Shown: piece after piece, positions 42,779-47,374 of the stretch | How positions within the stretch are numbered: the stretch's first letter is position 1 | How the letters are laid out: each line of letters starts with the position of its first letter | From: a virus | Direction: 5' to 3' (one strand) | IMG/VR virus record: IMGVR_UViG_3300032770_000004 | Coordinates: 1-47,374 of that record | DNA: 47,374 bases | Translations under genes and position numbers: made by a program | The notes under the pieces: generated by a model | Database searches by the model: none | The model's input: only the letters and a program-made list of their open reading frames with translations | What the model was told of the DNA's origin: nothing

Positions 42779-42865
42779 GGAGCTAGCTGAGGAAGAGGGG
42801 TTCCCACCACGCTGGAAACGTGGTAAAACGAGCAATCGTTTGATGTTCGAGTCGTCCTAGCTCCG
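42779..42865 (+). tRNA. tRNA-Ser(GGA), 8/4 fold
   Basis: GGAGCTAG/CTAGCTCC; T stem GATG/CGTC. Confidence 0.82.
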
Positions 42866-42871
42866 CTTATA

Positions 42872-42942
42872 GACGAGTTCCCTCCAGTGAGGGCAGTGGT
42901 CTGCAAAACTACTTGAGGTCAGTGCAACCCTGACACTCGTCT
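42872..42942 (+). tRNA. tRNA-Cys(GCA)
   Basis: ctGCAaa; U73. Confidence 0.85.
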
Positions 42943-42943
42943 C

Positions 42944-43387
42944 ATGCTGTTTCCATTCATTTGGATCACTACTGAATCGGATCTGCCGAGATCCAATCCT
43001 AGAGGCTTCTTGACACCCAAAGAGGCCAAAGAAGATCTTGACCGTGTACAAGCCGAACGGGCAGCCTGGAGGCAAGAGTTTGCCGCCTGGGTAGCCGCTA
43101 ATCCTGCGCCAGTTATCATAGAACCAGTTCGCACTCACTACCCAAGCCTCGGCAGTGTTCCTGAGTCTGACTCGGCACATCGCCTGAGGGAAGCGAACTC
43201 CAAGCGGCGTGCCGAATGGCACGAAAGACGACAGGCATTCCTCAACCAGATGAATGCGAAGATACCTGCCTATACGGCTAATTCTGAACGTATTTGGTTC
43301 CGCGTGCCGATCGGCAATGTGAGCCCAGAGGACCACCTAGTGGCACATGATATGGAAGAGGAAGCCGGGTTGACAAAACCCGATTGA
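42944..43387 (+). CDS. Hypothetical protein
   Basis: ORF track. Confidence 0.55.
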   Translation: MLFPFIWITTESDLPRSNPRGFLTPKEAKEDLDRVQAERAAWRQEFAAWVAANPAPVIIEPVRTHYPSLGSVPESDSAHRLREANSKRRAEWHERRQAFLNQMNAKIPAYTANSERIWFRVPIGNVSPEDHLVAHDMEEEAGLTKPD

Positions 43388-43408
43388 GCTTGTACTGTAT
43401 AAGGTACC

Positions 43409-43690
43409 ATGACTTCTCCCCATCTGACGATGTGTCTGAGGAATCCGGCCTTTCACGAAGAAGAAGGGGTAACGATCGAGAACGGCAAGGTAATCGCCTT
43501 CGTCAATAGCGATGGGATCGGCAGAATGCTCCACGTCACGGCGTGTGAAGAGCTACCCAACCACTCGGGCCTCCACGTGGTAATCGCCACCGAGCCTAAC
43601 GGCAAGTGCGCGGTCTGCAAGGAGCGCTACGACCAATTCCACAATGACAATGACTCGTTTCGCGCCTGGGTGGCGACCAAGAAGATTTGA
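43409..43690 (+). CDS. Hypothetical protein
   Basis: Behind TTGACA at 43370. Confidence 0.6.
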   Translation: MTSPHLTMCLRNPAFHEEEGVTIENGKVIAFVNSDGIGRMLHVTACEELPNHSGLHVVIATEPNGKCAVCKERYDQFHNDNDSFRAWVATKKI

Positions 43691-43734
43691 CAACCGGAAT
43701 GCCTCCTGGTTTGACAACCGGAATGCCTCCTGGC
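43687..43734 (+). repeat. 24-bp tandem duplication of a -35 element and spacer
   Basis: TTGACAACCGGAATGCCTCCTGG(T/C) x2; second copy followed by CATGCT and ATG 43747. Confidence 0.85.
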
Positions 43735-43746
43735 ATGCTCGCTGTC

Positions 43747-44067
43747 ATGGACCCCAAGCGCTACGCAGAGCTGAAGAAGATCGCCCAGACCGTAATGCGG
43801 GCCTGGAATGGCGGCACTAGCTTCAACGACGCCTATTTCAACACTCCTTTTGGCCAGTACATCCTCTCCGAGCTGGAGAAGGTCATGTATCCTGAGCCTT
43901 CCCCCTTTGGTCGAGATGCTAATGTCCGAGATTTGACTGCTAAAGACGCAGAGCTTTTGGCTAAAGAGCCTAAGCCTTTGAAGATTTTGATACCGGTAAC
44001 CATCGAAGAAGAGAAAACTGTTGACAATCAACCTGTACCTGTGGTAGACCCAAACCCCGAAAGGTAG
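43747..44067 (+). CDS. Hypothetical protein
   Basis: Leaderless start inferred. Confidence 0.6.
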   Translation: MDPKRYAELKKIAQTVMRAWNGGTSFNDAYFNTPFGQYILSELEKVMYPEPSPFGRDANVRDLTAKDAELLAKEPKPLKILIPVTIEEEKTVDNQPVPVVDPNPER

Positions 44068-44073
44068 AAGACA

Positions 44074-44568
44074 ATGTCAAAGCGTTCTAGTGGTCAAATC
44101 AAGGCTCGTGAGGAAGCACGCAAGGAGAAGATGGCCGCCCGGCGTGCCGAGAAGAAGGAACGTGCGGAGGCACACCGAACGGCAGGAATGTCACACGCCG
44201 CTTTTGGTGGCCGCAATCAGTATCGCAAGGCTGCCATTTCGGGGCTCGCGATCGTCCGTACGCGCGTTCACCCGCAGAATTGCGGCAACATGGCCTGCAA
44301 GAAGTGCCAGCCGCTGCTGACTCCTGGCCAGCCGTTCCACCCGGTGCCGAGTACCTACAGCCCCAAGTACATGGATGTGTACAAGTCCTACAACCCGACC
44401 ACTGGGAAGTACACTGAGCTGCCTTTGTTGAGGTCGGAAAGCGCGCAGGCCCGCCGCTATAGCCGGGGCGAGATTGTCAACGACGATGCCCGCAACCTCC
44501 ACCTCACTAGGTGGCCCGAAAACTGGGGCCGCTCCAATAAGGAGCTGGAACGTGCCGACCGAGCGTGA
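44074..44568 (+). CDS. Basic hypothetical protein
   Basis: CGNMACKKC. Confidence 0.65.
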   Translation: MSKRSSGQIKAREEARKEKMAARRAEKKERAEAHRTAGMSHAAFGGRNQYRKAAISGLAIVRTRVHPQNCGNMACKKCQPLLTPGQPFHPVPSTYSPKYMDVYKSYNPTTGKYTELPLLRSESAQARRYSRGEIVNDDARNLHLTRWPENWGRSNKELERADRA

Positions 44569-44772
44569 GTATCTGGTGCTGCGGTATAATTATCAAATGG
44601 GTGATTTCGCGTGGGAAGGACCATATCGCGCCGCCTCGGCACGTGCTGCGGTCGAGCGTTTCACCGAAGGAAAAGCTAATTGGGCGAATGGCCCACGCAT
44701 CGTGAAAGTTGTGAGTAGTGGGGAGCTACTAGAATTTCACCTACAAAAGAACCACATCAAGGAGATCGAGAA

Positions 44773-45180
44773 ATGAGCACGCACGCAAGTATTGCAGTTG
44801 AGCACGAGGACGGAACCATTAGCGCTGTCTATTGCCACTTTGATGGCTACCTGAGTGGTGTAGGCAAGGACTTGGTGGCACACTTCAACAGCCTCAAGGC
44901 GGCCGAAGAGCTGATCAAGAAGGGCGACTTGAGTGGGACCAACAGTTCCGAGGGCAAGCCCAAGTACTACACCGACGACGGCGAAGATTTCGAAGACGTG
45001 AAGCCGCGTTTTTACCAGAACCTCGGGGAATATCTGAAGAAGATCGGTGATGACATTTGCGGCGAGTACGACTACCTTTTCACTGATGGTGAGTGGAAGG
45101 TGCTTTCGAACAGCCGAGTCCGCCTCAAGAACACCAGTAAGCTGATCCCCGTGAAGAACGCCGAAGAGGTTGATGAGTGA
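44773..45180 (+). CDS. Conserved phage protein (ST.a.I..YCHxDGY family)
   Basis: MSTHASI..YCHFDGY..VG..L..EYDYLF. Confidence 0.75.
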   Translation: MSTHASIAVEHEDGTISAVYCHFDGYLSGVGKDLVAHFNSLKAAEELIKKGDLSGTNSSEGKPKYYTDDGEDFEDVKPRFYQNLGEYLKKIGDDICGEYDYLFTDGEWKVLSNSRVRLKNTSKLIPVKNAEEVDE

Positions 45181-45389
45181 TGACCGTCTATGTCGTGTTG
45201 ATGTCAATCGGTGAACACACCACTGCTATCGATGGCGTCTACTCCGACCTAGAGAAGGCCAAGGCGAGCGTTGAAACGAAACACGACAAACCCATTCACT
45301 GGATCGTCCATAACTTTCGCGGCCTTTGCTGCACCGCCCTTTTCTCAAACGGCGTCCTACATAGCATTCATGAACAGGAGGTGCTGTAA
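45177..45389 (+). CDS. Small hypothetical protein
   Basis: VYVVL..IDGVYSDLEKA. Confidence 0.6.
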   Translation: MMTVYVVLMSIGEHTTAIDGVYSDLEKAKASVETKHDKPIHWIVHNFRGLCCTALFSNGVLHSIHEQEVL

Positions 45390-45501
45390 TGCCTTGCAAT
45401 GATGGTGGTCCTTCTTACGAGCAAATTCAAGAACATAACCGACAGGTTATGGGGCTTGTCGAGAAGGAAATCAAGGAACTGAACAAAAAGGAGAAGTAAC
45501 A

Positions 45502-45867
45502 ATGCGACAGGAAGAGATCTTCAAGAAGGTGGTAGAGGGCCTCGCAAAACAGGGTTTTCGACAGTCAGTGAAACCGTCAGTATTCGGTTTACCGACGTGC
45601 TCCTATCGTGGCGTGGAAGGCCGCAAATGTGCTGCTGGTTTCCTGATTCCCGACGAGATCTACAAACCCGAGTTTGAGGGTAAGAATGTTCTCGCCCTCC
45701 AATCGGTGTTTGAGGGATTGGGCTTCACCAAGAGGCAGGTGGAATTCCTGCATCAACTTCAATTTCTTCATGATACCTGCTTATGTCCTGTGGACATGAA
45801 GGATGCGTTTAGGTGGCTTGCTAAACGACTGAAGGTCAAGATGCCCAAGGCTCTGATCGAGGAGTGA
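45502..45867 (+). CDS. Hypothetical protein (paralog A)
   Basis: C.YRG..G.KCA.G.LIP..Y..EG..LQ..HD. Confidence 0.75.
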   Translation: MRQEEIFKKVVEGLAKQGFRQSVKPSVFGLPTCSYRGVEGRKCAAGFLIPDEIYKPEFEGKNVLALQSVFEGLGFTKRQVEFLHQLQFLHDTCLCPVDMKDAFRWLAKRLKVKMPKALIEE

Positions 45868-46241
45868 TGACAATGGAAAAGAACAAAATTTTCGAGAAAG
45901 CCGTGAACGGGCTCGCCAAGCAGAATTTCAAGCAGTCGATGGTGGGTCATCATTGTCGCTACCGTGGTCCTGGTTGGCTCAAGTGCGCGATCGGCCACCT
46001 GATCCCCAACAAGAAGTATCGCATTTGGATGGAAGGGCGGACTATTCAAAGCCTATTGCACACGAAGAAGGATCGACAAAAGCTATTCGGACGCCTAACC
46101 AAGGAACAAATAGGACTTTTGTGTGCGCTTCAGGCTGCTCATGATGCCGATGAGTCTAGCGATCCTGTCGAAATGAAGAGCCAGCTTCGCGTCATTGCAC
46201 ATAAGTTCAATCTCAAGCTCCCTAAAGCTTTGTTGAAGTAA
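45864..46241 (+). CDS. Hypothetical protein (paralog B)
   Basis: Same motif set as 45502. Confidence 0.75.
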   Translation: MMTMEKNKIFEKAVNGLAKQNFKQSMVGHHCRYRGPGWLKCAIGHLIPNKKYRIWMEGRTIQSLLHTKKDRQKLFGRLTKEQIGLLCALQAAHDADESSDPVEMKSQLRVIAHKFNLKLPKALLK

Positions 46242-46248
46242 GCAGTAT

Positions 46249-46329
46249 GCCGGTGTGGTGGAACTAGTAGACACGCACAGCTCAAACCTGTGTGCTAATA
46301 ACGTGTGGGTGCAAATCCCTCCACCGGAA
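46249..46329 (+). tRNA. tRNA-Leu(CAA)
   Basis: CACAG-ctCAAac-CTGTG. Confidence 0.8.
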
Positions 46330-46346
46330 TTGTAATCTTTGGTGAT

Positions 46347-46658
46347 ATGGATCGTAGTCCCTATTACCTAAAGAACAAGGCCAAGTATATGGCCTCTGCT
46401 CGTAAGTCAAGAGAGAAGCGCAAGAAATTTGTTGACGATTTGAAGCGTTCCCCATGCGTAGATTGCGGAGGAACTTTCCAGCCGTGGCAAATGCAATTCG
46501 ACCACCTGGGTGATGACAAATGCGATTCGGTTTCGAATTTAATCAAGACTGCTTCCATGAAAGCGATCGAAGCCGAGATCGCCAAATGCGAATTGGTGTG
46601 TGCTAATTGTCACGCTGACCGTACCTATCAACGTGCCCAAAAGAAACTTACTGGTTGA
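46347..46658 (+). CDS. HNH endonuclease (paralog of 23915)
   Basis: PCVDCG..MQFDHLGD..AEIAKCELVCANCH. Confidence 0.85.
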   Translation: MDRSPYYLKNKAKYMASARKSREKRKKFVDDLKRSPCVDCGGTFQPWQMQFDHLGDDKCDSVSNLIKTASMKAIEAEIAKCELVCANCHADRTYQRAQKKLTG

Positions 46659-46782
46659 CAACTACCTATGACGTTGGCCGACACCATTTTGGCTGGTATA
46701 GCACATGGTACTGGCGTAAGATGATGGGATACGTGGGCTTCTACGCTCACGCCGATCGTAAACTATTCTACCGGAGTAAGCA

Positions 46783-47040
46783 ATGAAAGTACTATATTTT
46801 ACTGCGAAGTGGTGTGGGCCCTGCAAGGCCTTCAAGAAGACCTGGGAAGCTGTCAGTACCTCGGAGCTGAAGGACAAGATGACATTCCAGCTGGTCGACG
46901 TTGACAATGAGACCGAGCTAGCTCAGAAGTATACGATCCGCCAAGTGCCTACGTTCGTGGTACTCGGCGATGATGACAAAGAGGTCAAGCGAGTTTCTGG
47001 TGCGATGCCCGAGGCCGCTTTTAAGGACTGGGTGAAGTGA
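46783..47040 (+). CDS. Thioredoxin
   Basis: FTAKWCGPCK, VDVD, IRQVPT. Confidence 0.92.
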   Translation: MKVLYFTAKWCGPCKAFKKTWEAVSTSELKDKMTFQLVDVDNETELAQKYTIRQVPTFVVLGDDDKEVKRVSGAMPEAAFKDWVK

Positions 47041-47374
47041 ACGCAAAGGAACGTCTTGTAGAAGCCTATGAAAAGGGCTACAGAGTTGATCCGACAGGCA
47101 AACCCATCGGCCTTCGAGGGCAATTAATAGTCGCCCATGCTGACAAAGATGGTTACTTGCGATTCACGATCAAGTTTTCAGACGGGAAATGTTGTGGAAT
47201 TTTGGTTCATCGCTTGGCAGCCTACCAGAAATTCAAGGATGAGTTGTTTAGGCCCGGAATTGAGGTCCGTCATCTGAATGGTAACAAGATAGATAACTCC
47301 GAAAACAACGTGGCTATTGGATCGCACTCACAGAACGAGATGGATAAAGATCCAGTGAAACGTACTGAAGCATC
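47037..47374 (+). CDS. HNH endonuclease (partial, runs off window)
   Basis: DGY..VHRLAA..EVRHLNGNKIDN..N..SQN. Confidence 0.8.
   Translation, partial: MNAKERLVEAYEKGYRVDPTGKPIGLRGQLIVAHADKDGYLRFTIKFSDGKCCGILVHRLAAYQKFKDELFRPGIEVRHLNGNKIDNSENNVAIGSHSQNEMDKDPVKRTEA

Noticed and set aside
43687-43746. N-terminal MTTGMPPG repeat of ORF 43687
   Set aside because: Better explained as a duplicated promoter, with the real start at ATG 43747

Overview
This 47-kb window is part of a large dsDNA tailed-phage genome (Caudoviricetes) that uses the standard genetic code. The host is unknown; lipoprotein style weakly suggests Myxococcota. 1-18.6 kb is the packaging and head module: a sigma-like tail, GroES-like protein, Mre11/SbcD-type nuclease, large terminase, portal, MuF/gp7, a 1132-aa prohead protease fused to HhH-GPD-like and kinase-like domains, a variant GGDEF protein, scaffold and major capsid protein, interrupted by free-standing homing endonucleases. 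18.6-47.4 kb is an early/accessory region of small genes, many behind sigma70-type promoters that appear to give leaderless mRNAs. It holds two tRNA arrays (about 38 tRNAs in the window), an RNase P RNA gene and rrn-like boxB/boxA signals. The most striking items are: (i) six Y RNA (YrlA/YrlB)-like genes sharing a GAATGY..TACAT..TTGTC scaffold with exchangeable inserts, two of them circularly permuted tRNA modules, interleaved with tRNA mimics that have broken anticodon arms; (ii) a putative capsid-delivered effector polyprotein (protease + glycosylase-like + kinase-like) carrying a copy of the capsid protein N-terminus, next to a specificity-altered GGDEF; (iii) a candidate -10-only late promoter GTAATCT. 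All calls come from manual motif reading and hand folding; no searches were run.
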